Positions 1-12,405 of a stretch of 64,000 bases of DNA are shown piece by piece; position 1 is the stretch's first letter, and every line of letters begins with the position of its first letter. The stretch covers positions 186,001 through 250,000 of the forward strand of contig CAUYUJ010000226.1 in assembly GCA_963575745.1 (NCBI GenBank). The letters run 5' to 3'. The notes under the pieces were generated by a model, which was not told the origin of the DNA, made no database searches, and saw only the letters and a program-made list of their open reading frames with translations. This DNA is from Prorocentrum cordatum. Taxonomy: Eukaryota. Both the position numbers and the translations under genes were made by a program.

Positions 1-149
1 CCAGGCGTTGTGGAAGCCCGTCGGGGAGCACGTGGTGCATGAGGTGGAGGAGGAGGAGGAGGAGGACGACGACGAGGAGGAGGAGGAGGAGGAGGAGGGC
101 GAGGAGGAGGAGGAGGGAGGAAAACGGAGGATGAGGAGAAGACTGAGAA

Positions 150-2060
150 GACCTCTTTGGAGTTTCTTGGGTCATTCTTGGGGTCTTCTGTAAGCTTCCT
201 GGGGGCCTCTGTGGGGCCTCCTGGGCCTCTTTGGGGCCTTTGGGGGCTTCTTGGGGGCTTATTTGGCCTTCTAACGGCGTTCCTGGCCCGCCTGACGCCG
301 TCGGACACCGTTTTTGAAGCATCTTGGGCCGTCTTGGAACCCCCTTTCGGCGCTTCGGCCTCTTGGGCCGTCTTAGGGGCCTCGTGGGCGCTTCTTGAGC
401 AGGCTTTGGCTCTCTTGGACCATCTTGGCGGTCTTGGAGGCCTTTTGGGACCGTCTTGGAGGTCGTTTTGGGACTGGATTCAGCTGTTTTGGGGCCGTCT
501 TGCCCAGCTTGGAGACATCTTGGAAGCTATCTTTGCCCTCTTGGAGCGATTTGGGCAACGGGGTATTGGTTCATGAGCTTTCCGGGTGGCCGGCGGGTTG
601 GGCCGACGCCCCAGTGGGAGTCGACAAGACCCCATTCCCATCAAACATTCAGCACGCCGTGCACCGCTGTGGCAAACCACAGTGGGCGGCGGATCGAAGA
701 CGACTACGGCGAATCACCGCCGTCCCCTGCCTTTCAGGATACGCCTATGTGTGCAAACGTTTGGACAAAGTTTTGCCACGCTATTGGACCATGCGTTCTC
801 CCAGTCGTTGTGGAAGCCCTTCGGGGAGCACGTGGGAGGAAGAAGAGGAATAGAGGGAGGAACGAGGAGGATCCCTGGGCCTCTTGGTGGCCTTTGCGGG
901 CTCCTTGAGGCCAGTTTGGCCGTCTTGCAGTGTTCCTGACCTGTCGGAAACCGTCGTGGGAGCCTGTTGGCCGTCTCAGGGGCCTCTTGGGGCGCTTCAG
1001 GGTCGTCTTGAAGGCCATCGTGGGCATCTTTGATGCCTCTTGGGCCGTCTTGGGGCCCTGTGGGGGCCGTCTTGGGAGCCTCTTGGGCCGTCCTGGGGCC
1101 ATCTTGGAGGCCTCTCGGAAAATCTTGGGGCAAGATTGGGGGCCTTTTGGGCCATCTTGGACTGTCGGACGCCCGCTTTGAAGCAAATGCCAGAATCTCC
1201 AAGACAACGGCAAATCAATGACCTTGGTGTCTTCGGGCCTTCCTGGAGGACCTCTTGGGCGCTTCTTGGGCCGGCTTTGGTTTTTGTTGGACCATCTTGG
1301 CGGTCTTGGATGCATTTTGGGACCGTTTTCAAGCCATATCGACGCCATCTTCGGCTTTCTTGAGGCCATCTTGGCCGTCTGGGAGGTCATCTTGCCAGTC
1401 TTAGAGGCTGTCTCGAGGTCATCTTAAGCGAAAAAGCCGACAGGACGGGGGGGCCCAGAGTTTTCCAGCTGGCCGCTGGGCTGGGCCAATAGCCCACGGG
1501 GAGTTCCTTTGGAACAGAACCAAAATTCTAGACGCTTCGCTTATCCCCACCAGCCCATCCCGAAACGATGTCCAGGCGAGTTGAGGTGATCAGGGAAGTG
1601 CGGCAGCAAAGATGAGGACGGCCGAACCGTGCAAAGGAGTGAGGAGGAGAAGGAGGAGGTGGATGGATGGATGGATGAGGGAGAGGGAAGACGGAGGATG
1701 AATAGGATGAGGAGGAGGCGGAGGAGGAGGAGGAGGAGGAAGAGAAGGAGTAGGAGCAGGAAGGAGGAACAGGAGGAGGAGGAGGAGGAGGGCAAGCACA
1801 AGGGCCAGAGGTCTCTTGGATGCCTCTAGGAGCCTCTTGGAGTATCTCTTGGGCGATTCTTGGGGGCCTCTTGGGACGTCTTGGGGGTCTCTTGGCGATC
1901 CTGGGGGGCTCTTCGGGGTCTTGGGTGCCTCAGGGGGGGGCCTCTTGGGGCCTCTGAGGGTCTTCTTGGGGACCTTCTGGGGGCCTCTTGGGGGCCTCTT
2001 GGGGCCATCTTGGGACCTCTTGGGGCCTCCTGGGCGCTTCTTTGTGCCATCTTGGAGGAG
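150..2060. repeat. Degenerate (GGGCCTCTTGG)-type 10-11-mer satellite blocks
   Basis: Recurrent tcttgg-periodic blocks; also at 5910-6290, 7060-8110, 20760-21075, 42296-42520 and, inverted, 62070-62300. Confidence 0.8.
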
Positions 2061-2888
2061 ATCTATCAAAGAAGAGCTGAGCTTTAATTAGCGGTGCCCC
2101 CCCAGGAGGCCAAAATGGGGCCAAAACCCTGCTAAAATCAATGATTTTGGCTTCCTCGCCGAGGCTGTTTTGGACGCTCTGACCGCTCCCCGCCCCTCCT
2201 GTCCAGGTCAGTGGGGAGGGGGTAGGGGGAGGGGTAAACCCCTCCCCGAAGGGGAAGACGGAGGGGTGGAAGAGGAAACGCCCTAAACCACCGACGCCCA
2301 GAGGGCTGGTGGGACTTGCCAGACGTTCGGCACGCCGTGCACCATTGTGGCAAGACCACAGGGCGCGTTGGATCGAAGACGCCTACGGCGAATCATCGCC
2401 GCCCCCTATCTTTTTTGAAACGCCTAAGTGACCGAACGTTGTGGCCATGGCTCGGCCAGTTATCGGACTATCTGTTCCCCCAGCCGTTGTGGAAACCCTT
2501 GGGGAACACGTGAGGGAGAAATAATAACAATAGCACAAACAAACAGAGAGGCGGAGGAAAAAGGAGGAGGAAAAAGCAGGGCACTCCAGGCACCCAGAAG
2601 TCAGCAGGGGGCGGCGGAGCCGCTGACCTCCGGACCATCCCGCCACCGTGCCTGCCTCGGGGACCCCTGGAACCCACTGAACGTTTCGGGGCCCTCTTAA
2701 GGTCCGAGAAGTCGCCGGGGAAGACGCGGGCCTTCGGCCCACATTCCGCCATCGTGTCTGGCTCGGGGCCCTCTCCGCTTCGGAGCGCCTCCTGGGCCCC
2801 AAAGAGTATCACGGGAGAAGACGCGCCAGGGCCCGAGAGGCACGCCGGGAGCCCCCGGAGGCTTCGGAATTCGGGGCCCGGGCCCCTT

Positions 2889-3052
2889 TGAAGGGGCCCC
2901 AGGACACACAAATAAATACACACAAATAAAACAGATTCCCTATATTTTTGCATATTTTCTGGGTTTCTGTCTTCCTCCCCACTTCCCATATTTTCCCATA
3001 TTTTCTGAGAAATCGAGAATTAATTGTGTCTGTGTGTTTTTTCCTCTCGTGA
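2889..3052 (-). mobile_element. Family A short element (TCA…TCA, ~163 bp)
   Basis: Reverse-complement copy of the acacacagacacaattaat…aaaatatggg…tatttgtgtg…ccccttca element; TSD ccctt/ccctt. Confidence 0.85.
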
Positions 3053-3443
3053 CCCTTGTGTGCTCAAGCCTGAGGTCCGGGGATGGAGAGCTTTACAGAG
3101 GACCTGAGGACACTCCAACTCGTGAGTCCGTGACAGTCTGGCCACTCTCGTATGCTTCACTTCAAGGGGCAGGGCCTCCCGGACGCCTACCTCGAGGAGC
3201 GAAAGAAGGACGTGCAGGTGCTTGATTCCGCGTTGGCATTCGCGGGCGCGGGCGTTCGTGTGCACACGCGTTGCGCCGATCCGAGAAATCCGCGCAGACC
3301 TCCGAGTTCTCCTGTTTATGCCGTTGATCCTTCCCCCCCCCCCCCCCTCCCCCTTCCCCTCCCCCCCCCCCCTTCTCCGCCCACTGTCGACGCGCCGAAG
3401 AGCAAGAGAACGCTCACCGCTCCGATCTCGTGCCTCGCGGTAC

Positions 3444-3606
3444 TCAGGAGGGGAAAAAACACACAGACACAATTAATCGTCCACTCCCCAGAAAATATGG
3501 GAAAATATGGGAAGTGGGGGGGAAGACAAAACCCCAGAAAATATGGGAAAATATGGGGAATAGTTTTATTTGTGTGTATTTATTTGTGTGTCCTGGGGCC
3601 CCTTCA
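3444..3606 (+). mobile_element. Family A short element
   Basis: tcaggagggg…ccccttca, flanked by a 40-bp duplication (3404-3443 / 3607-3646, 38/40 identical). Confidence 0.85.
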
Positions 3607-3906
3607 AAGAGAACGCTCACCGCTCCGATCTCGTGCCTCGCAGCACGCTGGCGGATCTTCCTCGCTCTGTGTGAGGCTCCCCGCCGCGGGGGCCGCGGGG
3701 GGTGGGCCACCGCGGCTCCCCGGCGGGGCGCCGCGCCCGCCGCGCCGCACCCCGCCGCCGGCCCGCTGCCCCGAGGAGGGGCTCCGGCGGCCCGCGGGGG
3801 GGCGCCAGCCAGGCAGCACAGCTCGCTCGCTCAGCCCCCTCCTCCCCTCCCTCTCCCCCCTCGTCCTCGTCGTCGTCCTGCGCCTCTTCCTCTCACATCG
3901 TCGTCG

Positions 3907-4130
3907 TCCTCCTCCTCCTCCTCCTCCTCCTCCTCCTCCTCCTCCTCCTCCTCCTCCTCCTCCCACTCCTCTTTCGTGTTTTCTCATCATATTATTCCTC
4001 CTCTTCCCATTCTTCTCCTCCTCCTATTTCTTGTATCCTCATCCTCCTCCTCCTCATCATCACCACCATCATCATCAGCATCATCATCATCACCACCATC
4101 ACCATCATCATCATCAGCAGCATCATCATT

Positions 4131-4173
<43 letters not shown>

Positions 4174-4426
4174 GTATCATCATCAGCATCATCAGCATCA
4201 TCATAATCATCATAATCAGCATAGTCATCATCAGCCCCATCATCACCATCAGCACCATCCTCATCATCATCAACATCAGCAGCAGCATCCTCATCATCAT
4301 TATCAGCATCATCATCAGCATCATCATCACCACCATCATCATAATCATCTTAATACTCATCATCAGCATCATCATCATCATCATCTTAATGACCATCATC
4401 AGCACCATCATCACCATCAACACCAC

Positions 4427-4499
<73 letters not shown>

Positions 4500-4552
4500 T
4501 TCATCATCTTCATCTTCATCTTCATCTTCAGCATCTGCTTCATCATCATTAT

Positions 4553-4583
<31 letters not shown>

Positions 4584-5305
4584 AGCAGCATCCTCCTCCT
4601 CCTCCTCCTCCTTCTCCTCTATCACCTCTCTTTTCACCTCTCCCCACCTCCACCTCCGCTTCGCCCAATCCTCTCCTCCCCAACCCCTCTTCAGTCGAGG
4701 AAGGAAACACTGCACGAACAGAAACTTTCGGAGTTCCGTGCAGATTTCTTAGATCGGCGTTGGGCCCCCCCATGGTGGGCCCGGCGCCAGGGAGGGGGGT
4801 CCGAGAAGCGTGCGCGGATCTCCAACACTTGCAGTTATGGAACGTCGTATCCCTCCCCGTACCCTTCTGGCCTCAGGGGAGGGACCCACAGACCTGCCGC
4901 GGCATTGACGCCCCCCCTCTCATTCTCGCTCCTGCTCGCTCCTCCCGGCCCACCGGGGGGGGGGAGGAGGAGGAGGAGGGGGATGGGTGAGGAGGAGGAG
5001 GATGGGGGAGGAGGAGGAGGGGATGGGGGAGGGGGAGGAGAGGAGGAGGGGAGGAGGAGGAGAGGAGGAGGAGGAGGAGGAGGAGGAGGAGGAGGAGGAG
5101 GAGGTAGGAGGAGGAGGAGGAGGAGGAGGAGGAGGAGGAGGAGGAGGAGGAAGGAGAGGAGGAGGAGGAGGAGGAGGAGGAGGAGGAGGCGGAGGAGGAG
5201 GAGGAGGAGGAGGAGGAGGAGGAGGAGGAGGAGGAGGAGGAGGAGGAGGAGGAGGAGGAGGAGGAGGAGGAGGAGGAGGAGGAGGAGGAGGAGGAGGAGG
5301 AGGAG
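3907..5305. repeat. Compound microsatellites (CCT)n, (CAT/CAG)n and (GAG)n
   Basis: Seen directly: CAT-type ~4054-4590, GAG ~4964-5305. Confidence 0.95.
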
Positions 5306-6021
5306 GGGGGGGGCACCACGAGACGGCTGCGCCCGAGCAGGCGAGGCAGGGTGACACGCGACGGAGGCGTCACAGGGACGATGGGGCGCCACGGCGCAGG
5401 GCTCGTTGCGATTCCTCCGATTCGATCCGATTCGATTTCGATGGGTTCCGATTCCGATTCCGTTGGACTTGGGATTCCGATTTGGGTTCCGATTTCTCGT
5501 CGGAGGGCTACTAGCCTGCCGATTTCCACCGATTCGACTTTTTCCGACTTGGCTGCCGATTTCCGCCGATCCGATTCATTTCGATCGCCGATTCGACTTG
5601 CCGATTCGATGCTGGGCTCTCCTGACGACGCTGTTCCAGCCATGTTTCTGGGGAGTACCCCAATCGAGGGCTGAATTATCTGGGGATATCGCGGAGATGC
5701 GATGCGGACCTGAGAGCCCCAACGGAGGCATCTTTGGAGCTGCCTCGGGGCCTCTCCGGAGGCTCCTGCCACTCCTGGGGGAGGGCCTCAGCGAGGACCC
5801 TTGAGAAACATCCTGGATCATCGAGCGAAAAAACCACGCGCGAAACCGAACAAAGCACAGGGAATGGACGTCCGAGCGACGGCAAGAGGGGCGTATTGGG
5901 AACCCGTGGGTGGCCTCTCTGGGGTCCTCTTTGGGGGCGTCTCGGGGCCGTCTCGGAAGCGGGTCCCCAGCCATGCCTCCCGGCGTCTGCTCGCAGGCCG
6001 CCCGTCTGGGCTCCTCTCCTG

Positions 6022-6193
6022 TCGGAGGTGGACAGGCCTCCTACCCTGACACGTCGATTAAGGAATTTGCTGTTTTCGGTTCGCGAGAGGGCGTCGCGGC
6101 CGTCATTTTTGTGGGTCCAGGTCCGTCGGTTTCGGTCCCAGGCCGTTTTCACTCATGGGGAGGTTTACTGAAGGGAGGTTTGTCCACCGCCGA
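6022..6193. mobile_element. Family B MITE (TIR TCGGAGGTGGACAGACCTCC, ~171 bp)
   Basis: ~20-bp TIRs; flanks tcctg/tcttg (4/5); further copies at 24460 and 32975. Confidence 0.85.
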
Positions 6194-9100
6194 TCTTGGG
6201 GCCCCGTCTCGAAGGCTTCTTCGGGCCCCGTCTCGGGAGCCGTCTTGGGGCCGTCTTGCGTGCGTGTTTGTCCCGTCTTGGCGCTTGCTCTCGGGGCTTC
6301 ACAGGCAAGGGTTCAGGGGATCACAGGAGACCACCGCCACGGAGATTCCGTGGGGCCTACCCCTGGAGCGGAACCGATCCCCCGGGCGGTCCGCGGAAGA
6401 GTGCTATATCGAGTGCAGCATTGTATTCGTCGGCTCGGGGCTCCAGCACCAAACCCCAGTCCCCCCCCCCAAGACGGCCCAAGAGCCCCCTTCCGGTCCT
6501 AGGGGGTCGCGCGCGGAAAGATCTCACAGTAGAGTTCAATACATCAGGAAGTCGAAGCAGCTCTGAGCTACGAAGGCCTGATGGATGAGCCGAGTATTGT
6601 AATGCTGCTCTATTGCGCTGCGGATGACTGAACTGCTCAGTTGCTGAAGTCTCACCGACGCAGCATCGTGGCCCCCACAAGGGAGGCCGGTGGATTCATT
6701 ACGATTCGTTCACTCCGCTTGCCTATGTTGCGGCACTGCTGGAATTTGGTTATGTTGGGCAATGTCATGAGCGAGAAGGTCTTGCGAAGTTGGGGCATAC
6801 AAGTAAATGCGATCAGTACGCGCCACACGACGCGTATACTTGCATGAAGGCGTGGGGTGAATATGCAATGGCGGGGGGGACTTCGGTGGACTCATGGAAG
6901 CGTCCAAGATGCATACAGGGGTTCATTGGGGATGTCTCTTGGGAGACGTGAGAGGGGCTATTTCGGGGGGCTTCTTGCACGCCTCGCATGGTCCGCTTGG
7001 GGTGTCAGGGGGGGAGCCTCCAGGGGTTTCCTGAACCATCTTGAATCACCTTGTTGAGGCCACTTGGGGCCGTTTCGGAGCCATCTTGGGGCATGCCACC
7101 CATCGATCCTCATTCTTGGGCCCGCGGGGGCCCTCGTGAGGCCCTCTTGGAGCTGTCTTACGCCTCTTCTGGCGTCCTCATGGCTGTCGTTGAGAGCCCT
7201 TTTTGAGTGCTTGTTTGCTTTGGAGCGATCTTGGAGCCATCTCGAAGCCCGAGAAGCTCATATGAGGTGAAAGGGCGAGACAGCCCGGATCGTTCAGGCT
7301 TTTGACTGCGTCTGGCTTTCTGAAGGCGTCTTTGAGGACTGTGTGGGATCATCTCGGGCCGCCTTGGGGCCATCTTTGGGGGACCTCCTGGGGCTGTCGT
7401 GGGGGCATCCGTTGGGGCGTGCCAGCCATGGACCCCAGCTGCTGTGCCGCCTTTTTGTTTGGGCCCTCCGCGGCCTCTCCCGTGGCGCTCCTGCCTGGGG
7501 GGTCTTCGGAGCCCTCTCGTGGCGCTGCCCTGGGCGATCCCGGAGCGAGCCGCCTCGGGCCCTCGGAAGCTCACGGCATCGCGAAGAGGCGGGAGTCCAA
7601 ACAATCGTGGAGGTACGATGCGCTCTTGAGTGATCCTGGCCTCCTGGGGGCCTCTTGGGGCCCCTCTGTCTCTCTCTCTCTCTCTCTCTCAGGGGCTCGT
7701 TGGGCGATCATCTCGGGAGACGTCAGGGCATCTCTGCAATGTGGCGGAGCCAGCTTGGGGAAGGCCACCCGTTGATCGCTTCTCCTGCTCCGCTCGTGGG
7801 GCCCTCGTGGGGCCCTCTTGGTCCTGTCTTGGGCTTCCTCCTCGGCCGCTCGTGGGGCTGTCTGAAGCCCTCGTTGGAGCCCACCCGGGCGCCACTTGGA
7901 GCCATCTTGGGCGATCTTGGGGCCATCTTGCCGCTTGGGGCCCAGAAGCTCATAGGAGGCGAAAGCGCGCGAGAAGCCAAGCTCGTCTTTACACAGGTTG
8001 GAATGATGTTGGCCTCCTTGGCGCCCCTGCGAGTCCATCTTGGACCATCTTGGGCAGTATTGGAGGTATCTTGGCGCCCCTTGGGGCCATCTTGGCGTCA
8101 TCTGGGGGCCTGCCAGCCAATGATCCCCGCTCGTCGGCCGCTACATGTGGGGCTGCCGTGGGGCCGAGGGGGGCGAGAGCCGCTCCCACGAGCAAAACCA
8201 TATCTGATCCAACTCCGCCAGGACGTTTCCATGTTCATAGTGTGCGCTCTCGCGATCTAGGAACGTAGAACCACCTCGAAAATCTTACCCCGAGACTCCA
8301 GCACGCCCTTGGCACATTGGGCCAGCGAGTTCCTCTCCTACACTCTCTCTGCTCCGTCTGTTGTGTCCAAGCCTCCGAGAGGGCGGTCAGCGGGCGCGCG
8401 GGACGCCATTTCAATAGACTCGGACGGAAACCTGCCGTGCGCGGTCTGAACTTTTTCATACATTTGGATGGCTGCTGCATCACAGGGATGAGTGTTCGCA
8501 AGTGTACTTTTACTGGCGGAGCCGGATCAGGAATACGCTTTCGATGATATTCAAATGCTGCGATTGACAAACAAGCGTGCGTGATTATGCTTTGTCTGGC
8601 ACGTTCCCAGCGAGCCTCCTTAATGTCTGCCTACCATCAAGGGTTCGCTCCCAGAACAGATGCTGTCAGGGACCCACATCTGTGATGTGGTGGGCTCAGA
8701 GATGAGAGCAGAGGGGAGGAATTGGGATGAGTGGGAAGGAGGGGTTAGGGGATCGGAGGAGGGTTGGAAGGGGTATGGCATTGAGAGTCGGAATTGGCGG
8801 GGTCGTGGGGGGGGAAGGGGAGATGTGAGAAGAGAGATAAAGAGAGAGAGAGAGAGGGAGAGAGAGAGGAAGAAAGACAGAGAGAAAAAGACGCAAGCTA
8901 GGTGCCCACGATCCACATCTGATGTCCTGCCCGTCGCGCCGATCCTCTTCAATTGGCTTGAAGCCCTTCTTCTTGCCTGTCAGATCGGGCTTTCATCTTA
9001 TTGAATGGCATATGCAGTGAATGGCCTTTCGTCTACTGCACATGAGTAGGCGAATCAATGTAGGGCCAGTGGGACATTCGCAGGGAGGTTTGGCGAAGGC

Positions 9101-9652
9101 TGGGCCGAGAGAAAGCGCGCAGAAACGAGTAAAACGCCAAGCAAGAAACTGGCAAGAAGGACGCGAGAGAACAGCCAGGCTGGAGGCTGAAGCACGGGGG
9201 TGCCGGAGGAGCAGGTGGAGGAGGAGGGCGAGGGAGGAGAGGAGGCGGGAGGAGAGGGACGAAGACGTGGCATGGGGGGACGCTGAGCGGGGCGAGCGTG
9301 GATGGAGAACTTGGCCCTGCCCCCCCCCCCTGCTGCCCACGAACGGGGGGCCGCGCGCCCGTGCTGGCGGCGTGGCCTCTCCCTCCTACTCTCGCCCTCG
9401 TCGGCGGCCGCCCCCCGGCGGCCTCCCCGCCTCCGCCTCTCCCTCCCGGGCCACCCTGCCTCTCTTCTCGTGGCTGCCACCGGCTGCCTCTGCGCTCGCC
9501 GGCTCTCCCCGCTCGGCTGGTCCCCTCGCCCGCGCCCCGCCGCCCCCCCCCCCCCCGCGCGCCGTCTCTCCCGCGCGCGTCCGCCTTCCTGCCACACGCC
9601 TCTCCCGCCTCCTCCCCCTCTCCCGCCTCCTCCCCCTCCTCCTTCCTCCTCC

Positions 9653-9707
9653 TGCTTCTTCTATTCTCTGTGAGCAAGCTCCTGCTGTCTCCGCAGCTTC
9701 TCTGCCC
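9653..9707 (+). repeat. Split direct repeat A1 (55 bp)
   Basis: tgcttcttctattctctgtgagcaagctcctgctgtctccgcagcttctctgccc, identical to 20073-20127. Confidence 0.95.
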
Positions 9708-9743
9708 AAGTGCCCCCCCGTCGGCCGCGCGTGCGGACGCCTT

Positions 9744-10358
9744 ATGCAGGCGGTCGCACAAGCGGCTCTCGGGGGCGCTGGGGAGATCTTCTTCAGGGGG
9801 CTGCGGGCCGCGCTCTACGAGCGGATCGTGTCTGCCCCCCTCTCTGTGCTTCAGGACCAAGGGCCTCCTGCGCCTGCCTGGTCCATCCAGCAGGCGGACT
9901 CGTCCGAGGGTGAGGGGGCTTACTGCCCCCTCCCTTCGGCGGGTTCCGCCTGCCCCACCGTCTGCCTCGTGCTGGCGGTGGATCTGAGCGGCGGGGTTTC
10001 TCCCTGGCTGCTCAGCACGGTCGTCGCCCTCCTTTGGGTGACGGCCGCGTGCAGCGCCTGCGCAGGCTGCTGCATCGGGCTGCTGGGCCCGTACGTGTGG
10101 CGGAGGCTCAGGGCCTCCGCCTGGCCGCGCGGTGCGGTTCCTGCTTCCCCTGAGCAGGACCGCCGTGCGGCGCGAGCGCTGGCTTACGGGGTTTTTCCTG
10201 CCTTTTTTTATTTTTTTTTTCGTTTTTTTTTTATTGTTGCTTTTTTTTTTTATTTTCTTTATTTTTTCATTTTTTCTTTTTTTTTTTTTCGGCCTCGAGC
10301 GCTCGAGGCGGGCAGGCGCCCGCAATTCGGGCGGCAGTTGCCACGACAGCGTCATTGA
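9744..10358 (+). CDS. ORF0 of the YR element: small hypothetical protein with a predicted transmembrane segment
   Basis: ATG at 9744, just after repeat A1. Contains the hydrophobic run WLLSTVVALLWVTAACSACAGCCIGLLGPYVW followed by RRLR. The 3' part runs into a poly-T tract, so the true end is uncertain. Confidence 0.45.
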   Translation: MQAVAQAALGGAGEIFFRGLRAALYERIVSAPLSVLQDQGPPAPAWSIQQADSSEGEGAYCPLPSAGSACPTVCLVLAVDLSGGVSPWLLSTVVALLWVTAACSACAGCCIGLLGPYVWRRLRASAWPRGAVPASPEQDRRAARALAYGVFPAFFYFFFRFFFIVAFFFYFLYFFIFSFFFFRPRALEAGRRPQFGRQLPRQRH

Positions 10359-10447
10359 TGGTCCTTTTGTTTTGATTTTTTTGAGTCATTTCACCCCCAC
10401 TTTCATCCTTTTTTTTATATTTATTTTTTTTTTTTTTTGTTTTTTGT

Positions 10448-12379
10448 TTGCCACCAGTTGGCGGAGGGCCTCTATGGCCCGAGCTCTACCCCTTCGCGGC
10501 TCCCACGGCTCGCGATTACGCACGATGGCGCCTAGACGACGGCGACACCAGCTGGGCAGCTATCCCCCTCGCGTCTCGAGAAGGGGGCATCCTTCTGGCC
10601 CTGCCTGGCGCCTTTCGCTCTACGGCGGAGCTCGTGGCTGCCGAGGCGGATGGCTTTGCAGGAATGATAGGCCCTTTCCAGCTAGTGGACGTCCTGCTCC
10701 AGGGGGCCGCTTCACGGCCGCTCGCCACTACTGCATCCGTCCTCGTCGTAGACATCGAGGTTGCAGAGCTCGAGCTCGAGTCGCTTTACCCTCTAGAGGT
10801 CGGGGAGGACGCAGTCATCGTTCCCTTCGCCGAGGTGCGGGGCCGCGTCTACTGGCCACATCCTTCGGGGGTTCGGGTGCTTCGCGAGGGCTACGCACGC
10901 TTGCACGGCGCCCCGCCTACTGCAGGAGAAGAGCCGCTCCCAGGGGCCGATCGGGCTACTCCCTATCACTCTGCCGACGAGATGGAGGAACCCGAGGGGT
11001 TCGCGGCCGACGGGGAAGCCGACCGCACGGCCCCAAGTGCGCGATCTCCCGCGGACGCTGGAGCGCCGCGCGGCCCGCCCGCGAAGCGCGCGGGCACCGC
11101 CGCGCCGCCACGGGTTGCGGGTCCCGCTCCGATCGCTCCTGGTGCCCCTGCGGCGTCTCTGGACGACGGGGCTCCTATGACCCGTGCCGAAGTAGCTGCC
11201 GAAATGCGCGCCTTGCTTGCAGCCCACGCGGCCTCCACGATGGTCGGCAGACCCGAGCCGCTGGGCCTCGCGCCGGCTGCCCGGAGCGATCGGCCCGAGG
11301 TGCCTCAGCTTTTCAGCGACGAAGCGGTGCGCCTCGGGCTGGATCCTGCGGGGATCGAGGCCGTCCTGTCTCACGCGCCCGTGGCCCCACAGCGGGTCTC
11401 CGCGCGTCCCAAGGGTCCGACCTCCGCGCTGGTCTCGGCGTGGGAAAAGGCGCGCTCTCTTGCTGTCCCTCGGGCCCCTTCGTCCGGTTTCGGAACGATG
11501 GGTCCCCCGCCGCCTCCTGGGCTAGCCCATCCCGCTGCGGCCGACGGCTTTGCCGAGGCGGGCGGCGCCGACGGGTCAGAGCCGCCCCATGCGGCCAATC
11601 CGACGGACTTCAGCCTCATGCTACAGTGCCTGCACCAGTCCCTCCTATTGCAGCAGGGGCGGGGCCATCGCCCAACTGTCCATCCGCTTCTGGGGACCCT
11701 GAGCGACTCAGCTCAAATTCCGCCCACGAGCTCGGGCGACCCCGCGCCCGCATCGGCCCAGATGGGGGGCATTGCTCGGAGGCGCGAGTGGCAGCAAGCG
11801 CTGCTACAGCACGGCCCCGATGTGCGAGGACTGTTGAAGGAGAATTTGGCCCGTGTCCTGGGCGTGGAAGTCAGCGCCGTGACCCCCATGGCCATGCATC
11901 AGTATTTTCGGGAGCACAGTCCCTTGGGGGCTCAGCCGACGACGCACGAGTTGTTGACGCATTTTGCCTTCCTCAGCGCCGAGCTGTGGCGGGCCTGCGA
12001 AGAGGGCAACCCCGAGAGAGTCCAGACTTTACTGACGTGTCAGTGCATGTTCATCGACCAGCTGGCGGGGGACCGCGGCTATCTCGAGGCCGCCTGGTTC
12101 CTTACGGGGCTGGAGCCTCCCCCGTGTCGCGTGACCAGTCGTCACACGGAGCGCGAGGCCCAGACCCCGTTCTCACCCCTGGTGGATCCTCGCTGGCTGT
12201 CGGCGCAGGGCGAATACGTGAAGGAGCTGCATGCATTTCGGGCGCGTCTCGACGCCGAGCGCGCCGTCGCGCTCCCCAAGCATCCACCTCATCAGCCCAA
12301 GCAGCCCAAGGTTTCGAAGCCCCCCTCCAAGTCCCAGGGTGCGTCCAAGGCACCGAAGGCGGTGCCCAAGAAGGACTGA
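10448..12379 (+). CDS. ORF1, gag-like protein of the YR retrotransposon
   Basis: 643-codon ORF directly upstream of RT. Globular N- and C-terminal regions (…FIDQLAGDRGYLEAAWFLTGLEPPP…PFSPLVDPRWLSAQGEYVKEL), a Pro/Ala linker and a Lys-rich tail. The gag call is positional; the start codon is uncertain (TTG at 10448). Confidence 0.7.
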   Translation: MPPVGGGPLWPELYPFAAPTARDYARWRLDDGDTSWAAIPLASREGGILLALPGAFRSTAELVAAEADGFAGMIGPFQLVDVLLQGAASRPLATTASVLVVDIEVAELELESLYPLEVGEDAVIVPFAEVRGRVYWPHPSGVRVLREGYARLHGAPPTAGEEPLPGADRATPYHSADEMEEPEGFAADGEADRTAPSARSPADAGAPRGPPAKRAGTAAPPRVAGPAPIAPGAPAASLDDGAPMTRAEVAAEMRALLAAHAASTMVGRPEPLGLAPAARSDRPEVPQLFSDEAVRLGLDPAGIEAVLSHAPVAPQRVSARPKGPTSALVSAWEKARSLAVPRAPSSGFGTMGPPPPPGLAHPAAADGFAEAGGADGSEPPHAANPTDFSLMLQCLHQSLLLQQGRGHRPTVHPLLGTLSDSAQIPPTSSGDPAPASAQMGGIARRREWQQALLQHGPDVRGLLKENLARVLGVEVSAVTPMAMHQYFREHSPLGAQPTTHELLTHFAFLSAELWRACEEGNPERVQTLLTCQCMFIDQLAGDRGYLEAAWFLTGLEPPPCRVTSRHTEREAQTPFSPLVDPRWLSAQGEYVKELHAFRARLDAERAVALPKHPPHQPKQPKVSKPPSKSQGASKAPKAVPKKD

Positions 12380-12405
12380 GGGCGCCTTTGGCGCCCGCCT
12401 CCTGG

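Noticed and set aside
5407..5612. CGATT-rich stretch (also 24860-25040) as an RNA gene or regulatory array
   Set aside because: A degenerate pentamer repeat with no tRNA, rRNA or snRNA signature.
3152..5772. Long ORFs with poly-His, poly-Ile, poly-Arg or poly-Gly
   Set aside because: They are translations of microsatellites and run through a family A element.
10132..12405. N-terminal ~750 codons of the 1485-aa ORF as real protein
   Set aside because: It begins in the poly-T tract and reads as the Arg/Gly-rich shadow frame of ORF1. RT homology appears only after ~12900.
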